The notes under the pieces: model-generated
Told to the model about the DNA's origin: nothing
The model's database searches: none
Seen by the model: only the letters and a program-made list of their open reading frames with translations
Shown: piece by piece, positions 31,266 to 48,101 of the stretch
Layout: each line of letters begins with the position of its first letter
Position numbering within the stretch: position 1 is the first letter of the stretch
Source of the DNA: Eledone cirrhosa
Taxonomy: Eukaryota
Assembly (NCBI GenBank): GCA_964016885.1
Contig: CAXHJY010000710.1
Coordinates: 22,158 to 86,157 of the forward strand
Direction of reading: 5' to 3'
DNA length: 64,000 nt
Position numbers and translations under genes: made by a program

Positions 31266-31870
31266 TCAGGTCACCAGTTGGTGCTACTGGTAACATGTAT
31301 CCCAGTACAACCTGTCCCATGGTCGGGTCGTTGGCGACTAAACTGGCAACCCCACCAAGGTTTCTTGGTGAGGAGGGTTACTTTGGACATCCTGCAGGAC
31401 TAAAAACAAAACCTGTCAAAGGGCAAAGGAGCTCTTAAGAGTCAATGGCCATCCAAAATCACCGGGAGAGATGACCCCTTAGCCTTTGTCAAGGCAGAAT
31501 TCTAGGAGAAGGAAAACTCTGATATAACACCTGCAACCCTGATGGTATCCAATGATGTTGACTTGTTCTTCTTTTTGGTAAATATCATCTTGGTTAAGAG
31601 AGTGGGACTGGCTTTGTGCAGTGCCTTTGCTCACTATAAAAGCTTCACGGCACAGGCATTGCTTTATATCTGGAGATCTCTCTGCACTTGTCGTCACATG
31701 GTACCATGGGCCCAGCACTATGTGTCAGTAATTGTCACAAGTGTAGTGTTTGTACCAGTTTTCAAGTCGCTGGCTGGACTAAAAAGTCACACTCGTTCAG
31801 CGCATCGGTAGGGGTTCTCCTACATGGATATAAAGTAGTGGCCGTACTCGAAAACGAGTTGGCAGCCACC
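31266..31870 (+). mobile_element. RTE-like LINE 5' UTR fragment in (TA)n
   Basis: TTGGACATCCTGCAGGACTAAAAACAAAACCTGTCAAAGGGC and CTAGGAGAAGGAAAACTCTGA motifs recalled from RTE 5' regions. No credible ORF. Confidence 0.45.
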
Positions 31871-32860
<990 letters not shown>

Positions 32861-32908
32861 ATGATATGTATTTGTGCAGTTGAAGTATATATATATATAT
32901 ACATATAT

Positions 32909-32948
32909 ATGATATGTATTTGAGCAGTTGAAGTATAAGGACGTGTTT
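32909..32948 (+). promoter_or_regulatory. Candidate LINE internal Pol II promoter (DPE-like GGACGTG)
   Basis: GGACG starts at 32939, i.e. position +28 if +1 is 32912, where non-TA sequence begins. This is the spacing of jockey-type DPE promoters. The Inr match is poor. Confidence 0.35.
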
Positions 32949-33008
32949 TTACTTCTCTCCCCGAGTAAGCAGCAAGTCACACAGCCACAAAACAAAACCA
33001 AACAAACA

Positions 33009-33108
33009 AAAATTGACCGGTTAATACATTTACATACATCTATATTATTATATATTTGAAAATTGACCGGTTAATACATTTACATACATCTATATTATTA
33101 TATATTTG
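33009..33108 (+). repeat. Exact 50-bp tandem duplication in the LINE 5' UTR
   Basis: AAAATTGACCGGTTAATACATTTACATACATCTATATTATTATATATTTG x2. Confidence 0.92.
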
Positions 33109-33211
33109 AAAGCACGTGTTTTCGAACTTGTGAGTACATTTTCCTTTAACTACAAATCATTATTATATACTTTCGTCTTTTCATTAACTTAATTAATTTC
33201 AAATAACCAGA

Positions 33212-33271
<60 letters not shown>

Positions 33272-33391
33272 TCATATTTATATATATACTCTTCTCACTC
33301 ACACACAAGAAAAACAAAAAACAAAAATAAATAAAAAAAAAATATATATATATTGAAATACTTAACTAAAACACACACACTCAAAACTAGA

Positions 33392-34543
33392 ATGGCTAAC
33401 CAGCAAAAATCCAAACAAAACTGGTCTGATAATGAAATCGACATTCTAATAAACACATGGCATTGCTTTACCCAAACAGAAGACATAGATGCTTCATCTC
33501 TGAACGACATTGCTAAACGTACAGTTCAATTTTTGAAAACTCGATCTGAACAACAGATTCAAAATAAATTAAAGCAAATCGAAATTGCTTTTAAATTAAT
33601 CAATAAACATTTGGATAAACTACGGTGTGTTTTTTCTTCGAATGCTGTCCCGCAGCAGCAACAACAACAACAGCAGCTACAACGGCAACAACAATAACAG
33701 CTACAACAACAACATCAACAACAGAAACAACAACAACAACAACGACAACAACAGTGTGAACCACTCCTTGATTCATCAACAATGGCCGATCTACTAAATG
33801 AAACTATTGACCCCCCAGTAGCCTCTGTCTCACAGCATGAAACGCCACATCCTTTCTCTGGCCCAGCAGTCCAATCACCACCACTGCCAACATCTCTGCC
33901 TACTACTACTACTACTACAACATTTTTGTCTACTGCTATGTCAAGGAATTTACCTTCTAATACCAGAACAAGAACTCTCCCTCCCACAGTCCACAAAGGC
34001 CGTCAAATCCTACCCAAACCATCATCTACACCTCTCACAACACACACACCCACATACCCACCCACTCGAAACCCCATCATTTGCCGCTACTCTCTACGCT
34101 ATAGAATATGTACGGATAGTGGCTGCAAATTCACCCATTTACCTAGGACAAAACGATCTATCCCCACAAACAGCCACCACCATATTACATACTCTAATTT
34201 AACACCAACACAACCACCAATAACTCAAACAAGGAATCCACAAATCTGCCGCTTTTCCCTGCGAGACAGATTGTGTTTAGACCGGGATTGTCCCTTTACC
34301 CATCTCCCGGGGACCCGTCGGACAAATGAAAATAAAATTAAAAATAAAAGCAAAAACAAAAACCATAACCTTCATAAAAATAACCACTACCACAGTCACC
34401 AACAGTCTTCTAAACAGGAAACTTCTTCCTCTTTTTTAGCCATAATGAATCTGGCAAAAGAACTGGAAAAAAACATTCGAGCTATCACCCAGCACCACCC
34501 TCCACTATCACCCCACTGCACAAACTCCCATTGCTGCCATTAA
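33392..34543 (+). pseudogene. LINE ORF1 (~383 aa): Myb/SANT-like N-terminus, polyQ, P/T-rich linker, two CCCH zinc fingers; one nonsense codon
   Basis: The two track ORFs (33353-33697 and 33782-34543) share a frame and are split by CAA>TAA at 33695 in the polyQ. Motifs: NWSDNEIDILINTW...RSEQQIQNKLKQI; CRYSLRYRICTDSGCKFTH; CRFSLRDRLCLDRDCPFTH. Confidence 0.75.
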
Positions 34544-34579
34544 CAAACAAACAAATTAACAACACACCAAAACAATTAA

Positions 34580-37546
34580 AACCATCCACTCTCGCCTCTA
34601 CATTTTGCTTAACGCCCAAGGCATCAGCCCTTCCACCAATACTCAAAAATGGAAGATCAAATTCCTGGAGGACTGGATTGATGTCCATCCAAACCACATC
34701 CCTTTCTTCGTCCTCACTGAAACCCATCTCAGTAACCTCACTTGGAAGCCGAGGTGAAAGTGAAAAATTTCAAAGCCATCCGTGCTTGATCGCGCTGGCA
34801 GAAGAAAGGGCGGAACTGCCATTTATGTCCATAATTCTTTCTCAACAGAGGCTATGAACATATTCACTAATGGATACTGTGAAGCAGTCACTGTATTCAG
34901 TCAAACCAACAACCTATTAGTAGTTGGGCTCTATAGGCCACCCCAAACGCCTGTACCATGCTTCAAGGAATGCCTCAACAGCATAAAGTGTTTCATCCAA
35001 GAGTGTCACCCTGACATCTTAATGATGGGGGACTTCAACCTCCCCGGAGTTGACTGGTCCACAAACAGCCTGCCACCAGGTTCTTCTGCCTCAACCTCTG
35101 ACAGGGAAGCTGTGGAATCGCTTCTTGACTTCATGGAGGATTTCTTCTTATGCCAACTGGTGCTCGAACCAACGAGGTGCCACAAAAACGTCCTAGACTT
35201 AATTTTCAGCAATCACATTGACAATATCCACAATATTGCAGTGGAGAAAACTCTACTCTCTGATCATGACATGGTTCTCTGTGATCTGAGATTCCATCGT
35301 CCAATATACAAACCCAATGTCATCTCTCCTGTCCATCCGTTTGACGCTATGGATTTCCACAATGCAAACTGGGAAGCGATCAGTCATGATCTTGCACATG
35401 TCGACTGGTCCTTCACGCACACTCATACACCCACTAACATCAAAAAGTCCTGGCAGACATTTGTGGACACTGTTACAAACATATGTGCTAAACACACCCC
35501 ATTAAGAACTATAAACAAATCTAAGAGCAGAATCCCTAGAAATAGAAAACGCTCATCAGAAAAATTAAGAGAACGAACAAAAAATCAACAAGCTGAAATA
35601 CTGTCAGCAGCAACACATCAACTTGACTGCCATTTCATCACTAGAGATTAAAAAACATAACCTCCAAAACAACATAATGTCCCTCATCAACAATCAGAGA
35701 AGAGCTGAAGAGGCCTGGGCCATTGAGAAGATCAAACTCAATCCCAAAGTGTTCTTTTCATTTGCAAAAAAACACAAAATCACTGGCTCTATTGTTGGCC
35801 CTCTAATTGATGAAAATGGCACTCTTCAAGACAATGCTAAAACCATGGGTGAGATACTGCAGAAACAATACTGCTCTGTTTTCAGCAATCCTGATATGGC
35901 CGATCTGGGCTGTATCGGCGATGTTACTCCCCATTACACCTTATCGGACATAACGTTTGGCGCCCCTGATGTCTTGGCGGCAATAAAGCAAATCAAGCAT
36001 AATTCAGCAGTAGGTCCCGATAGGTTCCCTGCTTGTGTCTTGAAGGCGTGTCAACACCAACTTGCATCTCCTCTTGCCAATCTGTGGCGGAACTCACTGG
36101 ATGCTGGATATGTGCCAGAAAACCTTCTATCCAGTCTGTTGTCCCAGTTTTCAAAAAGGGAAACAAATCCCTTGCCGTGAATTACCGTCCAATCTCACTC
36201 ACCTCTCATATCATTAAGGTATTTGAGAGCGAGTGGTGAGATCGCGAATGACCCACTTCCTTGAGAGTAACAATATGCTGAACTCCAACCAGCATGGATT
36301 CCGTAATGGAAGGGATTGCCTGACGCAGCTACTGCATCACTTTGATGACATTTTGAGAGCCTTGGGAGAGGGTTCCAACACTGATGTTATCTACCTTGAT
36401 TTCAGCAAGGCCTTTGACAGGGTTGATCATAACATTCTACTGAGAAAGCTGTCCAATATTGGTGTCACTGGAAATCTGCTGCAGTGGATCAAGAGCTTCC
36501 TGTCAAACAGAACCCAACATGTTGTAGTTGAGGGAGTCAAATCCAGCCCAGCCAAAGTCAGTAGTGGGGTCCCACAAGGCACTGTGTTGGGCCCACTTCT
36601 CTTCATCATCTATATTAATGACATCACTAACATCATCAAACACAGCAACATTAAAATTTTCGCTGATGATTCGAAGCTCCAAAAGGTCATCAATGGCGTG
36701 GATGACCGGATAAGCCTTCAGTCAGACCTACTGGCTGTTACCCAATGGGCGGAAAAGAACAACATGTTACTGAACGAAGACAAATTCGAACTGATCCACT
36801 TTGGAAAAGAGGATGCTCTGAAACACCCGTACTCCCTTCCCTCCGGGGAAACTCTCGTGGCATCTAACAACATCAGAGACTTGGGAATAACCGTGGAGAG
36901 CAACATAAGCTGGACCACGCATATAAGCAGCAAAGTTGACATGGCCCGCAGAATGTGTTCCTGGATCCTCAGAACCTACCAGTCGAGAGATTCCCGCACC
37001 ATTATCCTTCTCTTCTCTACTTTTGCCCGACCACACCTTGAATACTGTTGTCCACTGTGGTCTCCCCACACGAAACAAAGTATCATGAAACTTGAAGCTC
37101 CTCAAAGGGCAATCACGAAAAAGATAGATGGCATGTCAGACCTTGACTACTGGGGTCGATTAGAAAACCTGAAACTTTACTCACTCCAACGTCGCCGTGA
37201 GCGTTATATTATCTGCATGATGTGGAAAATGTTCCATCATCACTGCCCAAATGATGTTGGCATCGCCTTCAAGATACACCCAAGGCTTGGGCCTCGTGCT
37301 ATCCGTCCCATTCAAAAATCTAAATCGCAACTCATAACAACAATACGGCACAATTATTTCACCTCAATCGGCCCTGCTCTCTTCAACATCACACCAGGAC
37401 ACGTCAAAACAGAAACTGACCACACAAAATTCAAGAAGTCTTTGGACAAATTCATCCAAGTAATCCCGGACAAACCACCCACACCCGGATATGTCTCCGC
37501 AAACAGTAATTCTCTTCTCGAATGGGCCATGGTGCCCAAATCCTGA
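34580..37546 (+). pseudogene. LINE ORF2 (apurinic endonuclease + reverse transcriptase), frameshifted
   Basis: LLNAQGI, LTETHL, KGGTAIYV, LYRPP, MGDFNLP, LDLIF, SDH; [55 protein letters not shown]. Several 1-bp frameshifts. Confidence 0.92.
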
Positions 37547-37641
37547 ATTGAAAGACTTCGCCAGGTGGTGCTATTAAGTTAGACATGGCCTGGGCCAATA
37601 CTGGCCAAAACATTTCAAAGTTATTCAAAGTTATTCAAAGT

Positions 37642-37672
<31 letters not shown>

Positions 37673-37689
37673 GTATGTATATATATATG

Positions 37690-37720
<31 letters not shown>

Positions 37721-37722
37721 GA

Positions 37723-37763
<41 letters not shown>

Positions 37764-37781
37764 TGTATACATATATATATG

Positions 37782-37881
<100 letters not shown>

Positions 37882-37993
37882 TAAATATATATATGTATAT
37901 ATATGTATATATATATATATATATGTATATATATGTATATATATATATATGTATATACATATATATATATATATGTATATATATATATGTATA

Positions 37994-38031
<38 letters not shown>

Positions 38032-38230
38032 CATATATATATATATATGTATATATATATATGTATATATATATGTATATATATATGTATATATATATAT
38101 ATGTATATATATATGTATATATATATGTATATATATATATGTGTATATATATATGTATATATATGTATATATATATGTATATATATATATATATATGTAT
38201 ATATATGTATATATATATGTATATATATAT

Positions 38231-40234
38231 ATCACTAGAGATTAAAAAACATAACCTCCAAAACAACATAATGTCCCTCATCAACAATCAGAGAAGAGCT
38301 GAAGAGGCCTGGGCCATTGAGAAGATCAAACTCAATCCCAAAGTGTTCTTTTCATTTGCAAAAAAACACAAAATCACTGGCTCTACTGTTGGCCCTCTAA
38401 TTTATGAAAATGGCACTCTTCAAGACAATGCTAAAACCATGGGTGAGATACTGCAGAAACAATACTGCTCTGTTTTCAGCAATCCTGATATGGCCGATCT
38501 GGGCTGTATCGGCGATGTTACTCCCCATTACACCTTATCGGACATAACGTTTGGCGCCCCTGATGTCCTGGCGGCAATAAAGGAAATCAAGCATAATTCA
38601 GCAGTAGGTCCCGATAGGTTCCCTGCTTGTGTCTTGAAGGCGTGTCAACACCAACTTGCATCTCCTCTTGCCAATCTGTGGCGGAACTCACTGGATGCTG
38701 GATATGTGCCAGAAAACCTTCTATCCCAGTCTGTTGTCCCAGTTTTCAAAAAGGGAAACAAATCCCTTGCCGTGAATTACCGTCCAATCTCACTCACCTC
38801 TCATATCATTAAGGTATTTGAGCGAGTGGTGAGATCGCGAATGACCCACTTCCTTGAGAGTAACAATATGCTGAACTCCAACCAGCATGGATTCCGTAAT
38901 GGAAGGGATTACCTGACGCAGCTACTGCATCACTTTGATGACATTTTGAGAGCCTTGGGAGAGGGTTCCAACACTGATGTTATCTACCTTGATTTCAGCA
39001 AGGCCTTTGACAGGGTTGATCATAACATTCTACTGAGAAAGCTGTCTAATATTGGTGTCACTGGAAAGCTGCTACAGTGGATCAAGAGCTTCCTGTCAAA
39101 CAGAACACAACATGTTGTAGTTGAGGGAGTCAAATCCAGCCCAGCCAAAGTCAGTAGTGGGGTCCCACAAGGCACTGTGTTGGGCCCACTTCTCTTCATC
39201 ATCTATATTAATGACATCACTAACATCATCAAACACAGCAACATTAAAATTTTCGCTGATGATTCGAAGCTCCAAAAGGTCATCAATGGCGTGGATGACC
39301 GGATAAGCCTTCAGTCAGACCTACTGGCTGTTACCCAATGGGCGGAAAAGAACAACATGTTACTGAACGAAGACAAATTCGAACTGATCCACTTTGGAAA
39401 AGAGGATGCTCTGAAACACCCGTACTCCCTTCCCTCCGGGGAAACTCTCGTGGCATCTAACAACATCAGAGACTTGGGAATAACCGTGGAGAGCAACATA
39501 AGCTGGACCACGCATATAAGCAGCAAAGTTGACATGGCCCGCAGAATGTGTTCCTGGATCCTCAGAACCTACCAGTCGAGAGATTCCCGCACCATTATCC
39601 TTCTCTTCTCTACTTTTGCCCGACCACACCTTGAATACTGTTGTCCACTGTGGTCTCCCCACACGAAACAAAGTATCATGAAACTTGAAGCTCCTCAAAG
39701 GGCAATCACAAAAAAGATAGATGGCATGTCAGACCTTGACTACTGGGGTCGATTAGAAAACCTGAAACTTTACTCACTCCAACGTCGCTGTGAGCGTTAT
39801 ATTATCTGCATGATGTGGAAAATGTTCCATCATCACTGCCCAAATGATGTTGGCATCGCCTTCAAGATACACCCAAGGCTTGGGCCTCGTGCTATCCGTC
39901 CCATTCAAAAATCTAAATCGCAACTCATAACAACAATACGGCACAATTATTTCACCTCAATCGGCCCTGCTCTCTTCAACATCACACCAGGACACGTCAA
40001 AACAGAAACTGACCACACAAAATTCAAGAAGTCTTTGGACAAATTCATCCAAGTAATCCCGGACAAACCACCCACACCCGGATATGTCTCCGCAAACAGT
40101 AATTCTCTTCTCGAATGGGCCATGGTGCCCAAATCCTGAATTGAAAGACTTCGCCAGGTGGTGCTATTAAGTTAGACATGGCCTGGGCCAATACTGGCCA
40201 AAACATTTCAAAGTTATTCAAAGTTATTCAAAGT

Positions 40235-40236
<2 letters not shown>
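38231..40236 (+). mobile_element. LINE copy 2, 5'-truncated (RT region open to 40139)
   Basis: Starts ATCACTAGAG (equivalent to 35637 of copy 1), near identical to copy 1, with a 3-unit tail. Confidence 0.93.
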
Positions 40237-40265
<29 letters not shown>

Positions 40266-40313
40266 GTATGTATATATATATGTATATATATATATATATA
40301 TGTATATATATGA

Positions 40314-40350
<37 letters not shown>

Positions 40351-40357
40351 TGTATAT

Positions 40358-41280
40358 GTAGATAAATCTACCAAGAGTTTACGGTAGTGTCCAATCCGTA
40401 TGAAGAACTCAATGTATTCCGGATATCATGGAAAGAAGAGATGTAATGAAAATCCACTTTCGGTGAAAGATAAACGGTATACAGAGTCAAGATAAAATAT
40501 TAAACAAATAATGAACAAACTATTCCTTATATTAAACAAAAAAAGTTCACTATTTAACGATCGTTTCTAGGGTATATATGTGTTATAATTGGTATGCATA
40601 TTCAACAGATCTATGTACAAAATTATACAAAATTATACAAATTATCAAGATTAAATATACATACCTAACACATATATACGCCGTCTTCAGAAATAATGAA
40701 GTATATTTATTGATAATAACAACAATTCAAAATATCAGTTCAAAATTGACCAATGAAAACACAAAGGGTTAAAAGCAGTTCGGTGTGTGTATATACATGT
40801 AAAATCCTTACACATATTTTACAATAATGTGTGTATAATTTGTATGCGCATACTAAAAAGATGGATGCAAACACAAAATTTCAAGGTTAATATCTCTGTA
40901 AGCTTAATGCGCTGATAAGATGCGCATTGATACTTATGGAGTCAAGCATATAAATATATTTTTTCATACTCACACATATCAGTATAATCACACATACATG
41001 CGCGTATATGCATAAATATACACATAACCACGAACATACAAACACACACACTCCCCCACTCACATTTATATATGTGGATATAAAATCATAAGCACATAGA
41101 AATTAAGTCACTCACATAAAACACTGGCACACACATTTCAAGATCAAGATACAGAAATTAGGTGGGAGGGGGGGGGAGGGGTCAGTATTAAATTGTCTGA
41201 GCAGACTGCCTAATATAAATGTATCTATAAATTAAGAAAAATAAAAAAATAAAAACAATAAAATATAATAAATATAATAT
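40358..41280 (-). mobile_element. Solo diverged pLTR/3' end of PLE family A
   Basis: Reverse-complement similarity to ~6730-7670, with the same terminus GTAGATAAATCTACC. Confidence 0.88.
40546..40700 (-). ncRNA. Long-stem-II hammerhead, second family A copy
   Basis: TTCATTATTT-CTGAAGA-...-GAAACGATCGTT-AAATAGTGAA, with pairing-preserving changes relative to 7319-7472. Confidence 0.85.
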
Positions 41281-41306
41281 AATGTACATACATATGTATA
41301 TATATG

Positions 41307-41371
<65 letters not shown>

Positions 41372-41388
41372 GTATATATATATACATG

Positions 41389-41438
<50 letters not shown>

Positions 41439-41556
41439 TAAATATATATATGTATATATATGTATATATATATATATATGTATATATATGTATATATATA
41501 TATATATATATATGTATATACATATATATATATATATGTATATATATATATGTATA

Positions 41557-41594
<38 letters not shown>

Positions 41595-41761
41595 CATATA
41601 TATATATATATGTATATATATATATGTATATATATATGTATATATATATATATGTATATATATATGTATATATATATGTATATATATATATGTGTATATA
41701 TATATGTATATATATGTATATATATATGTATATATATGTATATATATATGTATATATATAT

Positions 41762-43757
41762 ATCACTAGAGATTAAAAAACATAACCTCCAAAACAACAT
41801 AATGTCCCTCATCAACAATCAGAGAAGAGCTGAAGAGGCCTGGGCCATTGAGAAGATCAAACACAATCCCAAAGTGTTCTTTTCATTTGCAAAAAAACAC
41901 AAAATCACTGGCTCTACTGTTGGCCCTCTAATTGATGAAAATGGCACTCTTCAAGACAATGCTAAAACCATGGGTGAGATACTGCAGAAACAATACTGCT
42001 CTGTTTTCAGCAATCCTGATATGGCCGATCTGGGCTGTATCGGCGATGTTACTCCCCATTACACCTTATCGGACATAACGTTTGGCGCCCCTGATGTCCT
42101 GGCGGCAATAAAGGAAATCAAGCATAATTCAGCAGTAGGTCCCGATAGGTTCCCTGCTTGTGTCTTGAAGGCGTGTCAACACCAACTTGCATCTCCTCTT
42201 GCCAATCTGTGGCGGAACTCACTGGATGCTGGATATGTGCCAGAAAACCTTCTATCCCAGTCTGTTGTCCCAGTTTTCAAAAAGGGAAACAAATCCCTTG
42301 CCGTGAATTACCGTCCAATCTCACTCACCTCTCATATCATTAAGGTATTTGAGCGAGTGGTGAGATCGCGAATGACCCACTTCCTTGAGAGTAACAATAT
42401 GCTGAACTCCAACCAGCATGGATTCCGTAATGGAAGGGATTACCTGACGCAGCTACTGCATCACTTTGATGACATTTTGAGAGCCTTGGGAGAGGGTTCC
42501 AACACTGATGTTATCTACCTTGATTTCAGCAAGGCCTTTGACAGGGTTGATCATAACATTCTACTGAGAAAGCTGTCTAATATTGGTGTCACTGGAAAGC
42601 TGCTGCAGTGGATCAAGAGCTTCCTGTCAAACAGAACCCAACATGTTGTAGTTGAGGGAGTCAAATCCAGCCCAGCCAAAGTCACTAGTGGGGTCCCACA
42701 AGGCACTGTGTTGGGCCCACTTCTCTTCATCATCTATATTAATGACATCACTAACATCATCAAACACAGCAACATTAACATTTTCGCTGATGATTCGAAG
42801 CTCCAAAAGGTCATCAATGGCGTGGATGACCGGATAAGCCTTCAGTCAGACCTACTGGCTGTTACCCAATGGGCGGAAAAGAACAACATGTTACTGAACG
42901 AAGACAAATTCGAACTGATCCACTTTGGAAAAGAGGATGCTCTGAAACACCCGTACTCCCTTCCCTCCGGGGAAACTCTCGTGGCATCTAACAACATCAG
43001 AGACTTGGGAATAACCGTGGACAGCAATATAAGCTGGACCACGCATATAAGCAGCAAAGTTGACATGGCCCGCAGAATGTGTTCCTGGATCCTCAGAACC
43101 TTCCAGTCGAGAGATTCCCGCACCATTATCCTTCTCTTCTCTACTTTCGCCCGACCACACCTTGAATACTGTTGTCCACTGTGGTCTCCCCACACGAAAC
43201 CAAGTATCATGAAACTTGAAGCTCCTCAAAGGGCAATCACGAAAAAGATAGATGGCATGTCAGACCTTGACTACTGGGGTCGATTAGAAAACCTGAAACT
43301 TTACTCACTCCATCGTCGCCGTGAGCGTTATATTATCTGCATGATGTGGAAAATGTTCCATCATCACTGCCCAAATGATGTTGGCATCGCCTTCAAGATA
43401 CACCCAAGGCTTGGGCCCCGTGCTATCCGTCCCATTCAAAAATCTAAATCGCAACTCATAACAACAATACGGCACAATTATTTCACCTCAATCGGCCCTG
43501 CTCTCTTCAACATCACACCAGGACACGTCAAAACAGAAACTGACCAAACAAAATTCAAGAAGTCTTTGGACAAATTCCTCCAAGTAATCCCGGACAAACC
43601 ACCCACATACGGATATGTCTCCGCAAACAGTAATTTTCTTCTCGAATGGGCCATGGTGCCCAAATCCTGAATTGAAAGACTTCGCCAGGTGGTGCTATTA
43701 AGTTAGACATGGCCTGGGCCAATAGTGGCCAAAACATTTCAAAGTTATTCAAAGTTA
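41762..43757 (+). mobile_element. LINE copy 3, 5'-truncated (RT region open to 43670)
   Basis: Same truncation point as copy 2, with a 2-unit tail. Confidence 0.93.
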
Positions 43758-46988
<3,231 letters not shown>

Positions 46989-47028
46989 ATAGAAAGATTT
47001 GAATGGATACAGTTTAGTTGAAAGGAAT

Positions 47029-47145
47029 TTATTGACACGTGTTTCTATAACAGTTACATAACCTAAAACAGCTATCTACAAACTTTTAGTTATGCAGACA
47101 TTCAATATTTCAATGTTATTATTTACTGTCATTTCATCAGAATAA
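47029..47145 (-). ncRNA. Branched-stem-II hammerhead (family B)
   Basis: Reverse complement of 52477-52593. Confidence 0.85.
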
Positions 47146-47733
47146 TATTACTGAGGACCTATTTAGTTTTTATAGAGAATATTAGGAGGGAGGGGTGAAG
47201 TTGTTAGAAGAATAGTTGAAGGAGTGGTTTTTCGATAGCAGTGAGAATTCTTGGTGGCAGTGAGTAATTAGATTCCCATCTGTTGTTTTGACATTTTTTA
47301 TAGAATATATTATTGGTTATTTTTCTAAATCTATAGAAGGATTAGAGATAGTGAAGATATGCGTGGTTGGTTTTGTGTTTGCACTTAATTAACATTCAGA
47401 CTTAAATGTTTCTTTCAAGTGTACGTATCCTTTCACCCACGCATTCACACACAAATATATTTGCACACCTCTACAAAATACATATACACACAATTCACAT
47501 ATTCATACTTACATATATATACACATGCATACACATATATATACACACATGTATTCATGTACATACATACGCGCTCATGTGTATACATTTTCATACTCAA
47601 CTTATCTTTATATACACACACGTATAGACACACACATATATACATACATACTCTAGTCCATGTGTACACACATACACATACATACACATCCATATACACA
47701 TATATACATACACATATATACATACATATATAC

Positions 47734-47780
<47 letters not shown>

Positions 47781-48101
47781 CATACATACACAAACATACA
47801 TATACACACATATACATATATATATATATATAAGCACTTTAATACATGAATACACTTACATCTAACTATACACATCAAACATATATATATATTTACTTAT
47901 TTATATACATTTTCACATATATATACATACTTATGGACGTTTTTAGACACATTCATTATCGCATATTTGTACCTATTCTCATCAGCATATCTTTTCATTA
48001 TTAGTATGGTAATTTAAGGTTATTAATATATGTTGAGAAGAGATTGTTTTTATATTTTTCTAACTAGATTAAGGTTTATATAGTTGGGGGATGTCCCTCT
48101 T

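Larger units (their letters stand above)
32861..37643 (+). mobile_element. Near full-length CR1-group (CR1/L2-like) LINE, copy 1
   Basis: 5' UTR, ORF1, APE-RT ORF2, short 3' UTR and (TTCAAAGTTA)x3 tail running into (TA)n. Confidence 0.88.
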
